Shown here piece by piece: positions 29,293-39,660 of a stretch of 64,000 bases of DNA. The DNA is from an uncultured archaeon (GTDB lineage Archaea > Thermoplasmatota > Thermoplasmata > Thermoplasmatales > Thermoplasmataceae). Every line of letters begins with the position of its first letter. Within the stretch, counting starts at the first letter, position 1. The translations under genes and the position numbers were made by a program. The notes below the pieces were generated by a model. It was not told where the DNA came from, did no database searches, and was given only the letters and a program-made list of their open reading frames with translations. The stretch lies in NCBI GenBank assembly GCA_000965745.1, contig CP009479.1, positions 512,001 through 576,000 of the forward strand, read 5' to 3'.

Positions 29293-30651
29293 ATGGTAGA
29301 TGTACAACAGGATTTTCAGGTGAGTGAACGTCTGGAACGTTTCAGGACTTGGCCTTGGCCCTACACCGTTCTGGTGATAGTGGGTGCGGCCTACTTTTTT
29401 GGTCTTTTTGACGTCTTGACTATTGGAACCGCTGCGCCCACCATAGGCGCACAAATGGGAGTGGCGGGGGAAGTAGTCGCCTCAAACGGAACTGTGTTCT
29501 CACTGGTAGGATATGCGGTAGGAGCTTTCTTGTTCTCCCACATATCAGACACACTCGGAAGAAAGAGGGGGCTGACTGTCTCATTAATAGCTTATTCAGT
29601 AGGCTCTATTCTGACAGCTACAGCGACGGATATCACTCAGGTCTACGTATGGAGATTTGTGACCGGTATAGGGATTGGCGCTGATCTGGCGATAGCTGCT
29701 GCATATCTCAGTGAGCTTGCACCGCACAACAACAGGGGAAAATTCCAGAGCCTTGGAACCTTCTTCGGTTTTACTGGAGCCGGTGTTGCACCGCTTATAG
29801 GTTATTTCCTCATACCTCCATTAGACATAGGGTGGAGGATATTCTTCATAATTGGTGCACTTGGAGGAATATTTGTTCTATTCATAAGGAAGAACGTACC
29901 CGAAAGCCCACGTTGGCTCCTTAGTAAAGGAAGAGCGAAGGAAGCGTCCGAGCTTCTCGATAAAATAGAGATTACATACAAATCGAAATATGGTGATCTT
30001 CCTCCATTGAGCGAAATGAAGGCTGAGATAGTCGAAAGTGAGATGAAAGTCCCACTGCTGCATCTTTTCTCCAAAAAGCACGGGCTCAGACTGGCTCTGG
30101 TTCTTGCAGTGTTTCTGTTCTACTATCTTTACACGTATCCCTTCCTGGCACTGACGACCTCGCTCCTTGTCCATTCTGGGTTTTCCATAGTTGCCAGCCT
30201 GTTTATGGTAGGTCTCGGTGGTCTCGGGTATGCAGTAGGTGCTTTTTCAGCGTTCCTTACGACAGAGAGGATAGAGAGGAAGTATCTGATATCAATTCTC
30301 TTTGTTCTTCAGGGAATCTGTATGTTCGGCATAGCCATCAAGCTGAACACCGCGGAAATTATAATTTCTGACTTCTTCGGGTCCCTTACGAACACCTTCC
30401 TTGCAACAACGCTCTATGTGTACGCTGCAGAGAACTTCCCGACAAGAGCAAGGAGCAACGGCGTGGCTGCAACCGATGGAGTAGGCCATCTTGCACCAGT
30501 ATTCGGCCTGCCATTCATGATAGGCTTCTTTGGAATGAACGGGTTCTTCAACACATACCTGCTCATCGGGATAATAGCCATAGTGGGAGGAATAGTTGTT
30601 CTGGCAGGCATAAGATCCACAGGAAGGAAGCTGGAGGAATTGTCAGAATAG
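29293..30651 (+). CDS. MFS transporter (aromatic acid / niacin / metabolite:H+ symporter-like)
   Basis: SDTLGRKRG, ELAP..RG, PESPRWL, ENFPTRARS; 12 TM. Confidence 0.9.
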   Translation: MVDVQQDFQVSERLERFRTWPWPYTVLVIVGAAYFFGLFDVLTIGTAAPTIGAQMGVAGEVVASNGTVFSLVGYAVGAFLFSHISDTLGRKRGLTVSLIAYSVGSILTATATDITQVYVWRFVTGIGIGADLAIAAAYLSELAPHNNRGKFQSLGTFFGFTGAGVAPLIGYFLIPPLDIGWRIFFIIGALGGIFVLFIRKNVPESPRWLLSKGRAKEASELLDKIEITYKSKYGDLPPLSEMKAEIVESEMKVPLLHLFSKKHGLRLALVLAVFLFYYLYTYPFLALTTSLLVHSGFSIVASLFMVGLGGLGYAVGAFSAFLTTERIERKYLISILFVLQGICMFGIAIKLNTAEIIISDFFGSLTNTFLATTLYVYAAENFPTRARSNGVAATDGVGHLAPVFGLPFMIGFFGMNGFFNTYLLIGIIAIVGGIVVLAGIRSTGRKLEELSE

Positions 30652-30698
30652 TTCATGAATAGTGTTTGGGAAACCAATCCTATTTTTTATAAATTTTA

Positions 30699-32000
30699 GG
30701 TTCTTCCTAGTTTTGTGTGGGCTCATGGATAAAGCTCCAGATTTCCGCATTTGAAATATATTGCTGTCTTGAGATGGCCTCTGTTCCTGAATCCATACGC
30801 CATCTTCTCTATCAGCGCGATCTTTGAATTGATTCCCTCTGCCTTTGCGTTTGTTATCCTGTGGATGAAATAGTTCAGTATCTTGTCGATGTGCATTCGC
30901 ATCATCTTCGCCACCTTCTTCATTGCATCAATCGAGGAGTGCACGATCCAGGAGTGCCATCTCTTCCAGTAATCCATTGCATCCTCCATTGAGGGGAGAT
31001 TCCACAGGTTCCTTATGTTCTCCTTCATGGAGTACGCCTTGCCCGTCCTTAGATCTGAATTCCTTAGCTCATTGTACCGCTCCCTGTACCTTTCGGGAAG
31101 GCGATCGCCGGAATAGAGCCATATGTACCTTGATCCTTTGAGGTCCATGATACCCTTCTTCACCAGTTCACGATTCTCCTCCTTCCTCACCGCATCAACC
31201 GCTTCATTCACATGGCGCATGACATGAAACCTGTCGAAGACGATCTTTGAATGAGCCTGTGGTACATGCTCAAGCGTGGATGATATGTACGGATCCCACA
31301 TGTCCATTGATACCGCATCTATGCGAGATAATTCATCATCACTCATCGTTTTGTAATACTCATCGAGTGATGATTTCCTCCTGTCCATGGAGATGAACTC
31401 AACACCGCTGTTCTCCATGTCCATCACCAGCGTGATGTACTTGTGCCCCTTCCTGTACGATTTGTCATCAACGCCTATGATCCTTGGCCTTGATGTTTTC
31501 CTTGACAGTCCTCTCTTAACCGCATGATCGATGATGTTCCATGCCCGGCTCCAGGAAATGTCCATTACCCGGGTGAAATTCTCAACATCCATGTTCTGGA
31601 GCATCCTTATGGATCTTGATTCGAATCTGAGAGTGAACCTTGATCTCTTCTCGGAGAGGGGCATGACCGCCTCTCTTATGCCATGCTCCGGACACTGTAT
31701 CCTTGGTGATCTGGCATGAATGAATGTCTTGAACCCTATGCTGTCAAGATCCCTCCAGACCCTTTCCCTCAGATGATCGTAGACCATGCACTCCCTCCTG
31801 CACTCGGGACATGGGAGCTTAGCTCCCCTGTCGTGTGCTATGAAGACTTCAACAACCTTGTCATTTGAATCAAGTGAAACACTCTCAACCCTCCAGGGGT
31901 TCTTGAGCCCTAAGAGCTCGGAGTACAACTGTTCAGCATCCTGCATGGCAAATATAATGAAAAGAAGGATAAAAATACCCACACATTTCTAGGATGAACC
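30699..32000 (-). mobile_element. ISL3-family insertion sequence, 1302 bp, apparently intact
   Basis: 23-bp TIRs (30699-30721, 31978-32000; 19/23 identical, GG termini); 8-bp TSD aaatttta at 30691-30698 and 32001-32008. Confidence 0.96.
30723..31946 (-). CDS. ISL3 transposase
   Basis: CPEC...CPEH zinc finger, IGVDD, SMDMW, FDRFH, AEGINSKI. Confidence 0.95.
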   Translation of the reverse strand: MQDAEQLYSELLGLKNPWRVESVSLDSNDKVVEVFIAHDRGAKLPCPECRRECMVYDHLRERVWRDLDSIGFKTFIHARSPRIQCPEHGIREAVMPLSEKRSRFTLRFESRSIRMLQNMDVENFTRVMDISWSRAWNIIDHAVKRGLSRKTSRPRIIGVDDKSYRKGHKYITLVMDMENSGVEFISMDRRKSSLDEYYKTMSDDELSRIDAVSMDMWDPYISSTLEHVPQAHSKIVFDRFHVMRHVNEAVDAVRKEENRELVKKGIMDLKGSRYIWLYSGDRLPERYRERYNELRNSDLRTGKAYSMKENIRNLWNLPSMEDAMDYWKRWHSWIVHSSIDAMKKVAKMMRMHIDKILNYFIHRITNAKAEGINSKIALIEKMAYGFRNRGHLKTAIYFKCGNLELYP

Positions 32001-32081
32001 AAATTTTAATACCACATTCATATTTTTTGCACATTTCTTCAAATCATTAGGCCACAATACTTAAGACACATCAAGACAGAG

Positions 32082-32618
32082 CTAGAAATTGATGGGCGGG
32101 GCCCTTCTCTTCATGAAAAGTGAAACAAGTATTGTAACAAAGCCAATGAATGCGGATATCCCGCCAGAGGAACTAAGATAGCCTGAATACATCAGAGGGA
32201 TTGACGGAGTTATGGTGAAAGCAATAACATCATTTTCTGGTTCAACAAATGCATACGAACCGGATTTGACGTTGTTGAAATATATGTCTACGGTATTGTT
32301 ATAGGGCTTTTCAACATTGTATTGCCTGAAGTTCGAAGCGTTTACGTGAGAAAGGTCAGATTGAGGTACAAGGGCAAACTGGCCAGGTACCCCTCCGCTC
32401 GAGGGCTTTGGGACAAACATCATGTCAGATTCCTGGTTTGTCAGCTTGGGTGGAACATCAATTACGTAAAGCCCGTTTTCCTGCTTTGTGTAGTTGGATG
32501 AGAAGTGTATCTTTGAGGATTTTCCGTGGAAATACGGGTTTATTACAAGACTTACAGAGATTAGTGATATGCCCACGATGAAGAGTGATACTCCAGCCAG
32601 GAACAATATTCTGTTCAT
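32082..32618 (-). CDS. Hypothetical membrane protein (N- and C-terminal TM, extracellular loop)
   Basis: Two hydrophobic ends with a soluble domain between. Confidence 0.7.
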   Translation of the reverse strand: MNRILFLAGVSLFIVGISLISVSLVINPYFHGKSSKIHFSSNYTKQENGLYVIDVPPKLTNQESDMMFVPKPSSGGVPGQFALVPQSDLSHVNASNFRQYNVEKPYNNTVDIYFNNVKSGSYAFVEPENDVIAFTITPSIPLMYSGYLSSSGGISAFIGFVTILVSLFMKRRAPPINF

Positions 32619-32761
32619 CAATTATTGCAAACGGGTAGAATTTATTATAGTTATCGCTCCAGCAATGCCGAAAAGAACAAGGAGGAGAAGTGCCACTGGA
32701 TAACCCCTAAGATGCATTATCTAAGCTTAAAGCGGCAAAGAAATAATTTCAAGTGTTCTTT

Positions 32762-33904
32762 TCAGAATGATGGCGGAAGCCCAAGAGAGTGCCTCGCTAT
32801 CAGTGAAAGCGTCATCTGCTCCGAAACGGGGCCGACCCTGAACAGCCTCAGGTTTCTCCAATGCAGTTCTACACCCATGTCTATGGAAAAAGACATCCCG
32901 CCAAAAACCTGCATTGCGTGATCTGCGATTTCATACGCAGATTTTGCTGAAAGGTACGCAGCAGCATTTGCCTCAAACATTCCATCCTCTCCGGAATCCC
33001 TCTTTCTTGCTGCTTCATCTATAAGGCGCCAGCTTGCCTCCAGCATAATCCTGCCGTGGGCAAGTGGAAACTGAATGGACTGGTTTGAGCCGAGCTGCCT
33101 CCCGAAAAGTTTTCTGTCCTTCGCGTATTGTGTGGCAAGATTCAGGACTAACTCACCGGTCCCCATGGATATTGATGCCGTTGAGAGGCGCTCAAGGTTC
33201 AGTATTCCCGTCAGTGCACGCCACCCTTTTCCTTCTTCTCCTAGGATGTCGTCTTCGGAAAGTTCCACGTTGTCAAAGAATACTTCGCATGAGCCCAGCG
33301 ACCTGAGAGCAATATCGTCAATTCTTGATGAAGTTATGTTCTTGTGCTCCTTCGGGTCAATTGCGAACAGTGTCAGCCCCTTGGTACTCTTGGTGCTTTC
33401 CTTGGATGTGCGTGCAAGAACAAGCATAAGATCTGACATATGGGCCATGGTTATCCAGATCTTCCTTCCCGAAAGAACTAGCTTTCCGTTTGCCCTTTCT
33501 GCGTGCGTGGAAATGTTCAATGTGTCTGTTCCGGCGTTTGGCTCGGTAATGGCAATTGACGATATGACCTCATTCTTTGCAACCCTGGGAAGAAACTTCT
33601 CCTTCTGATGTTCATTTCCTAGGGATGCAATGGAGTAGGCTCCGAATACGTTGTGAGCCATAACGAGGTCTCCTGCAGCGACACCATGTATGGAAGATAC
33701 GTGCTTTACAATCCGCACGTAATCTGATACTGAAAGACCGCTGCCCCCATATTCTTCTGGAAGAAAGAGCGTCGTTAGGCCCAGTTCCTGTATCGATTTC
33801 AGAAACTCCGAGGGAAATTCCGCCTTCCTGTCCTTCTCCACCCAGTATCTGTTGTCAAATTTTTCAGTCCCCTGGTTTATGTAGCTGATAATTGTATCGA
33901 GCAT
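32762..33904 (-). CDS. Acyl-CoA dehydrogenase
   Basis: LPEEYGG, AITEPNAGTD, GRKIWIT, LNLER, QVFGG. Confidence 0.93.
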   Translation of the reverse strand: MLDTIISYINQGTEKFDNRYWVEKDRKAEFPSEFLKSIQELGLTTLFLPEEYGGSGLSVSDYVRIVKHVSSIHGVAAGDLVMAHNVFGAYSIASLGNEHQKEKFLPRVAKNEVISSIAITEPNAGTDTLNISTHAERANGKLVLSGRKIWITMAHMSDLMLVLARTSKESTKSTKGLTLFAIDPKEHKNITSSRIDDIALRSLGSCEVFFDNVELSEDDILGEEGKGWRALTGILNLERLSTASISMGTGELVLNLATQYAKDRKLFGRQLGSNQSIQFPLAHGRIMLEASWRLIDEAARKRDSGEDGMFEANAAAYLSAKSAYEIADHAMQVFGGMSFSIDMGVELHWRNLRLFRVGPVSEQMTLSLIARHSLGLPPSF

Positions 33905-33923
33905 CTTTGTTCACATCCATATT

Positions 33924-36281
33924 CTATTGAGCGGCCTTTGGTTCTCTGGACTTCTCAATAGCTTTAAGAACTTTTTCTCCCCAGAATGGAAGAGAGGTAA
34001 CCCTTCCATTTGTTGCATCGTACACCGCATTTCCAACTGCCCCGGATATCATGATAATGCCCATTTCTGCAATTCCCTTGCCGCCAAATGGACCCTCTCT
34101 GCTTTCCGATTCAATGAATTCAACCTCTATCTCCGGAATTTCGGTTATGCCCGGGACCTCGTAATCGGAGAAGCCAGTGTTGACGACCTCACCCCGCTCG
34201 GTAGCAAGTTCCTCGAATAGAGTGTGCCCCAAGGCCTGGGCAGCCCCCCCTATTATCTGGCCCTTGGCCCCCTTCGGGTTGATGATTGTGCCGCAGTCCG
34301 CGACAACCACGATCTTAAGGGGCGTAACTGCACCGGTTTCAGTGTCGACTTCAACAAGGGCCGCGGTTGCTCCGGTCACATAATCGGACGAAATGTTCCC
34401 TTTATTGGTTTTGGTATCTGCCATCTCGGTGTCGGGATCAAAGTAATGGTAACTGAGATATGTCTTTCCATTGTTCCTGAAATGGGACTTTCTTACAAAC
34501 TTGCCGAGATCCATGGTCTTTGAACTGTCAGACCTGGATTTGATTATGCCCTGCTCTATGACCAGGTCCTCCAGATCCGTTTTGAGCAGATCTGCAGCAT
34601 CTTTCAGAAGAGTCTCCTTCAGCTCCCCCGCCGCCCTCTGTGCAGCGGCTCCGTTTACAAATGTGCCTCTGCTGGCGTGTGTGGCCGTGTCCCATGGCCT
34701 GAGTTCCGAATCGCCTTTGTAAACGACGCTGACCTTTTCCAGTGGGACACCTAGCTCAGAAGCAACGATCTGTGAAAGTGCCTGTATGGAACCCTGCCCG
34801 ATCTCGCTTATCCCTGTGAACAGGGTCACGTTGGCGTAATCGTCCATTTTGAGGATAGCACCGCTTCCGTCGGTGTGGTAGACTCTTGCCCCGCCGCCTA
34901 CATGGAAGAGGCCTGAGAACCCAATTCCACGCTTTTTTGCTCCATTGCCTGGTTGCATGTGGGGGCCCTTCCAGCCGATCTTCTCAGCAGCAATTTCCAG
35001 GGCCCTCTTCAGGTTTGAGTTTCTGGCAAACATTCCCTGAGGAGTCATGTAGTCTCCCTGGTGTGCATTGACCAGCCTGAATTCAAGCGGGTCCATTCCA
35101 AGTTGTGAGGCGACCATATCATGGTGCGATTCCAGGGCGAAGTCCATCTGGGGATTTCCTGCACCCCTCATGTTGATCGTGTACACATTGTTAGTGTAAA
35201 CAGCCCTGGCGTCGAACTTCACGTTCTCGACCTTATAAAGGCCTGTAACAGTAGAAGCCATCACCCTGGCATCAAAGGCTCCCCATGAAACATATGCTCC
35301 CGTGTCAAGGATGGCGTCTACCTCTCTTGCGAGGATTTTTCCACGCTTGTCCACGCCAGTTTTGATCCTGACTTTCAAGGGCTGCCTGGTTGGCGAATAC
35401 TTGAAGTCTTCGGTCCTGTCCAGGACTATCTTCACGGGCCTTCCTGTCTTTAACGCCAGGGAGGCAACTATGACCTCGAAGGGATAGAGTGCCATACCCC
35501 TGCCGAACGTTCCGCCAATGTAGGGCTGGGATATCCTTATTCTTGAGGGGTCGAAATTGATTGCCTCACCAAGCTCCCTCTTCAGCTGGAACGGCTGTTG
35601 GGTATTGGACACAAGTACCAGATTCCTCGACTCGTCAAATTTTGCCAGAGCAGCAAGTGTGCCCATTGGCGCGAATGCCACCCTGGGGACGCTAAATTCG
35701 TCCTCCCTCACCAGGAAGCTTTTGCTGAAGCCTTCCCCAATGTCTCCCGACTCCACATTGAAATTTGCTTTCACAACGTTTGAGCCAGTCTCCTCGTGTA
35801 CGAGAGGGGCTCCTTCCCTTAGTGCAGCATCAGCGTCGAAGACCCCTTCGTACGTTTCATATTCAATCTTCACGTCCTCCTGCACATCGTGTGCCGCCCT
35901 TTCAGGATCAGTGGTTGCAATCGCGAGAATCTCGTCTCCCAGCGACCTGATCTTCGGATACTTGAGAGGCGGGTTGTCCCTCAAGGGGCCAATCATGTTG
36001 AAGCCGGAATCTTTTCCGGTTATGACAGCCTTCACATGATCTCTTTCGAGCAGCTTGCTGTAATCAATGCTCTTGATCACACCATGTGGAATTGGGCTCC
36101 TTACTATGTAAGCATAGAGCATCCCTGGCAATTCCATATCGTTTATGTACTCTGCAAAACCCCTAACCTTGTCTTCCCCGTCGAAAGTCCTTGGAACTGA
36201 TGTTCCTATATACCCCTGCCTTTCTTTCTTCAAGTGTTGTATCTGCTGGGTCTCCGGATTTTCTTCAACTGCTCTTGACAT
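33924..36281 (-). CDS. Xanthine dehydrogenase family molybdopterin-binding (large) subunit
   Basis: RSPIPHG, GGTFG, MRGAGNPQ, EIGQG, ASR, INP..AKGQIIGG, GGKGIAE. Confidence 0.94.
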   Translation of the reverse strand: MSRAVEENPETQQIQHLKKERQGYIGTSVPRTFDGEDKVRGFAEYINDMELPGMLYAYIVRSPIPHGVIKSIDYSKLLERDHVKAVITGKDSGFNMIGPLRDNPPLKYPKIRSLGDEILAIATTDPERAAHDVQEDVKIEYETYEGVFDADAALREGAPLVHEETGSNVVKANFNVESGDIGEGFSKSFLVREDEFSVPRVAFAPMGTLAALAKFDESRNLVLVSNTQQPFQLKRELGEAINFDPSRIRISQPYIGGTFGRGMALYPFEVIVASLALKTGRPVKIVLDRTEDFKYSPTRQPLKVRIKTGVDKRGKILAREVDAILDTGAYVSWGAFDARVMASTVTGLYKVENVKFDARAVYTNNVYTINMRGAGNPQMDFALESHHDMVASQLGMDPLEFRLVNAHQGDYMTPQGMFARNSNLKRALEIAAEKIGWKGPHMQPGNGAKKRGIGFSGLFHVGGGARVYHTDGSGAILKMDDYANVTLFTGISEIGQGSIQALSQIVASELGVPLEKVSVVYKGDSELRPWDTATHASRGTFVNGAAAQRAAGELKETLLKDAADLLKTDLEDLVIEQGIIKSRSDSSKTMDLGKFVRKSHFRNNGKTYLSYHYFDPDTEMADTKTNKGNISSDYVTGATAALVEVDTETGAVTPLKIVVVADCGTIINPKGAKGQIIGGAAQALGHTLFEELATERGEVVNTGFSDYEVPGITEIPEIEVEFIESESREGPFGGKGIAEMGIIMISGAVGNAVYDATNGRVTSLPFWGEKVLKAIEKSREPKAAQ

Positions 36282-36414
36282 TCAATGAAAGCTAGCGTTA
36301 GGGCTGTATTTATTTTTATGTGTCTCAGAAATGCTCTGTGCTATTCACTTATATACCATGAATAAGAAATTAGTGGTTTTCATAGTTTCTTTTGGAAGAA
36401 ATGAAAAAGAATGT

Positions 36415-37383
36415 TCAGAGATCGATCTCTGTGAATTCATTCTTCTCAATAGCTTTCTCGTAAAGGTATCTGGCGGATATCACGTCAAGAGTCGCGTATC
36501 CAACGGACTTGAAGATCGTTATGTCCCCGTCCCTCCTTTCCAGTTTGGACCTGCCCGATATAAGGCCGTCCAGTTCAAGGAAATCTTCTATCCTCAGAAT
36601 TCCGTCATCAACTGCGGACATTATGTCACCGGCCTCCTTCATGACGTATTCTGTCCTGTCCAGTATCACGTGGTTTGCGCGCTCAATTGTCGTTCGGTCA
36701 AGCTCCCTTCTGTTCGGAAGTGTTCCTATACTGGAAATGTGGCATCCTTTCTTCAGGTGTTGGCCATCAAGCACAGGAACTTCAGAATCTGTAGCAACGA
36801 TCAGTACGTCCGCATCCTGCACAGCCTGATTTGAATCGGACGCTTCAGAAACCTTCTGGCCCATTTTCCTGATCTTCTCTGCGAAGCTTCTTCTGTGCTC
36901 AGGGTTTGGGCTGAAAACAGTAATGCTTTCAAAGTTCCTTGATGCGATGGTTGCCTTAGTGAGGAAATCTGCTTCTAGGCCGGAGCCTATCACGCCAAGC
37001 TTCCTTGAATCTTCCCGTGATGCGTATTTTGTCCCAAGCCCAGCCATTGCCCCTGTCCTGAGGGCTGTGACGTAATTTGAGTCCAGAACTGCAAGCACTT
37101 CACCGGTGGATGCCTTGGAGAGCATTGTGAGGCCTGTTGCCTTTGGAAGTGATTTCTTAGGGTTTCCCTTGTATTCTGAAACCAGTTTCACCAGGAATGT
37201 ATCCCTGGTGAAATCAACAACCGGCATTGAGAGCCAGACTGATCTGGATTCCTCAATAGTGATGACCTGCCTCATGGGGAGAATGCCCTCAGTCTTCCTT
37301 ACTATCTCTTTTTCCAGGTATCCCAGAAATTCGGCCATATCTGAAACTGATTCAGAGGTCTGGTAGTTGATGAATTTTGTCAC
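36415..37383 (-). CDS. Ornithine cyclodeaminase/mu-crystallin family protein
   Basis: SMP, VKLVS, TALRTGA, GVIGSG, FKSVG...D. Confidence 0.92.
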   Translation of the reverse strand: MTKFINYQTSESVSDMAEFLGYLEKEIVRKTEGILPMRQVITIEESRSVWLSMPVVDFTRDTFLVKLVSEYKGNPKKSLPKATGLTMLSKASTGEVLAVLDSNYVTALRTGAMAGLGTKYASREDSRKLGVIGSGLEADFLTKATIASRNFESITVFSPNPEHRRSFAEKIRKMGQKVSEASDSNQAVQDADVLIVATDSEVPVLDGQHLKKGCHISSIGTLPNRRELDRTTIERANHVILDRTEYVMKEAGDIMSAVDDGILRIEDFLELDGLISGRSKLERRDGDITIFKSVGYATLDVISARYLYEKAIEKNEFTEIDL

Positions 37384-37389
37384 GCTGAC

Positions 37390-38526
37390 TCACTCCTTTG
37401 CCCCGGGCATGTTGAGGGTTCTTTCAGCTATACTGACCAGTGCCAGCTGTTCGGATATAGGCCCCATTCTGTAGTATCTTATGTCCCTGTACAGTTTCTC
37501 AACAAAGCCAGACAGGTATCCGCTGGCTCCCAGAGTCTGAAGAGCTGCATCTATGGCCATAGAAGCGGCATTGACCGAATGGTAATATGCGCCCATTGGA
37601 ATGTCCCTGTTCCTGTCAATTTCACCGTTGTCCATCATTTCCGAACCGCGAAGGATGTACGCCTCTGATGCTGACAGCTCAATGAAAGCTCTTGCCAATG
37701 GAAACTGGATTCCCTGGTTTGAGCCTATCTTCCGTCCAAATACTTCCCTCTCCCTGGCATATTCAGCCGCCCTGTCCAGTGCCATCCTCCCCATTCCGAC
37801 AAACATGGCGCCAAGGGCAAGCCTGTCTGCGGCAAAGGTTCTTGATAGAAATGACCACGCCCTGTCGATCTCTCCGAGCACGGCATCCCTGGATACTTTG
37901 ACTCCGTTGAATGATACCGAATATAGCGGCAGAAAATTCAGCCCCATTTTTCCAAGACTCACAAAGCTCGTTTTGGCTGGCTGCTTTTCTGTTATCACGA
38001 ATGTTGTCAGGCCGTGGCTCTTCTTATCAGAAGGGGGAGATGTGCGGGCTGCAACCATGAGGTAATCCGCACCCTTGCCGTTCGTGACACAGTACTTGTC
38101 ACCGGTGATGCTGTAGTTACCGTCACCTGTCTGAACCGCCTCTGTATTTATGGAGAGTGCATCGGCCCCTGACTGCTCCTCCGTAAGGGCAAGATTCACC
38201 TTCGCCTTTCCTGCCATCACCTCTGGAAGCAGAGACCTCAGCTTCTCCGTGCCATGGTCGTCAAAGAGCTTTGCAGAAAGATTCTGCGCAACAAAATAGT
38301 AGGTGAGCGTCCCGGCTCTCCTGCTCATATCAAGAATATTCTGCACGAATTCCGAAAAACTGATTTCTGATCCTCCGTTCTTATTTGAAACCAAGAGGCC
38401 GAACCTGTTGTCCGCTCCCAAAGCAGAGAAAAAATCCTCCGGAAATTCATTCTTTTCAGAAACATGATCATAATAGATTTCATCGTACTTGGAAGTAAAT
38501 TTGCTTACCCAGTCTTTTTCCAACAA
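37390..38526 (-). CDS. Acyl-CoA dehydrogenase family protein (second, divergent)
   Basis: ALTEEQSGAD, GDKYCVT, REVFGRKIGSNQGIQF, QTLGASGY; Asp (AADR) where the other paralog has Glu. Confidence 0.9.
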   Translation of the reverse strand: MLEKDWVSKFTSKYDEIYYDHVSEKNEFPEDFFSALGADNRFGLLVSNKNGGSEISFSEFVQNILDMSRRAGTLTYYFVAQNLSAKLFDDHGTEKLRSLLPEVMAGKAKVNLALTEEQSGADALSINTEAVQTGDGNYSITGDKYCVTNGKGADYLMVAARTSPPSDKKSHGLTTFVITEKQPAKTSFVSLGKMGLNFLPLYSVSFNGVKVSRDAVLGEIDRAWSFLSRTFAADRLALGAMFVGMGRMALDRAAEYAREREVFGRKIGSNQGIQFPLARAFIELSASEAYILRGSEMMDNGEIDRNRDIPMGAYYHSVNAASMAIDAALQTLGASGYLSGFVEKLYRDIRYYRMGPISEQLALVSIAERTLNMPGAKE

Positions 38527-38701
38527 TCAACACCTATCCTTCTTCATAATTACATCAAACATCCATTTATTCTTACTGGCCGAGTATATCGCGACGGGAA
38601 ATAGAAGGCGCCATGCCGGCCATTGTAAGGCCGGTAAAGGCGTACTTTGCATAAGGGCCTTCCATGGTGTGCAGCTTCTGTACACACCGGAGAGCGGCTT
38701 C

Positions 38702-39472
38702 CTACTTTCCCGAATAATTCGCTTTTCTTTTCTCCAGGAAGGCCTTTATACCTTCTTTTAGGTCGTCAGTGTAGAAAAGTGACGAGTTCTCTTTGAGCTG
38801 GTACTCCATGCCTTCATCAATGCTCATCTCTGCCCCGTTGTTTACTACGGACTTTATTGCGCCCATTGCAAGCGGGGCCTTCTCTGATAGTGCAGAACTT
38901 ATTTCCTCAACTTTCGCCATCAGTTCATCGGGCTCCTTGACCCAGTTAACAAGACCAAAGGACATTGCGGTGTCAGCAGTCATCCATTCCCCGAGGAGAG
39001 CTATTTCCTTTGCCTTGAGCTTCCCTACTATACGGGGAAGCCTGACGAGAATCCCTGCGCCAGGGCTTATTGCCACGTTAACCTCTGGAAGCCCGAATTT
39101 CGCTTTGCTCGATGCCACAACCATGTCCACGGCCTGTATCGTCTCAAGGTTGCAGTGGCCGTTAACCGCTGCAATTATTGGTTTCCTGACATGTTCGAGC
39201 AGCCTGAACAGATCTATTACTTTCCTGTTGAAGCGCTCAATGCCTTTTGAGTCGAAAGCGAGAAATTCCTGAAGGTCGCCCCCCACCGAAAACGCCCTCC
39301 CCTTTCCTGTAAGCACAATCACTCTTGTATCATCGTCATACTTTGAATTGTTCAGGAAGTCTGTAAGTTCATCCACCAGCGCCTCGTTCCATGAGTTCAG
39401 GCTGTCGGGCCTGTTGAAATACACTGTGGCAACCTTGTTGTTCTTTATAACTTCTATATTCTCATAATCCAT
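38702..39472 (-). CDS. Enoyl-CoA hydratase/isomerase (crotonase) family protein
   Basis: NRPDSLNS, AFSVGGDL, KPIIAAVNG, FGLPE, EGIKAFLEKR. Confidence 0.92.
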   Translation of the reverse strand: MDYENIEVIKNNKVATVYFNRPDSLNSWNEALVDELTDFLNNSKYDDDTRVIVLTGKGRAFSVGGDLQEFLAFDSKGIERFNRKVIDLFRLLEHVRKPIIAAVNGHCNLETIQAVDMVVASSKAKFGLPEVNVAISPGAGILVRLPRIVGKLKAKEIALLGEWMTADTAMSFGLVNWVKEPDELMAKVEEISSALSEKAPLAMGAIKSVVNNGAEMSIDEGMEYQLKENSSLFYTDDLKEGIKAFLEKRKANYSGK

Positions 39473-39660
39473 AGAACGTACCCTTCGTGACATACGGTGT
39501 TGAAGTATTAAATTTTGTTGCAATCAAATCATGAGCTAGCATTCAACGCCACCAAACAGAAATTTTTCCCCTTTTTTTAATAAATTTTGCCTTAAAGTAT
39601 GATAGAATCTATTATGTTGAAAACAGAAAAAATTTATAGATAGTCTACCGTTGATATCTC

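Noticed and set aside
38573-38665. 30-aa ORF between the hydratase and the acyl-CoA dehydrogenase
   Set aside because: No RBS, motif or compositional support
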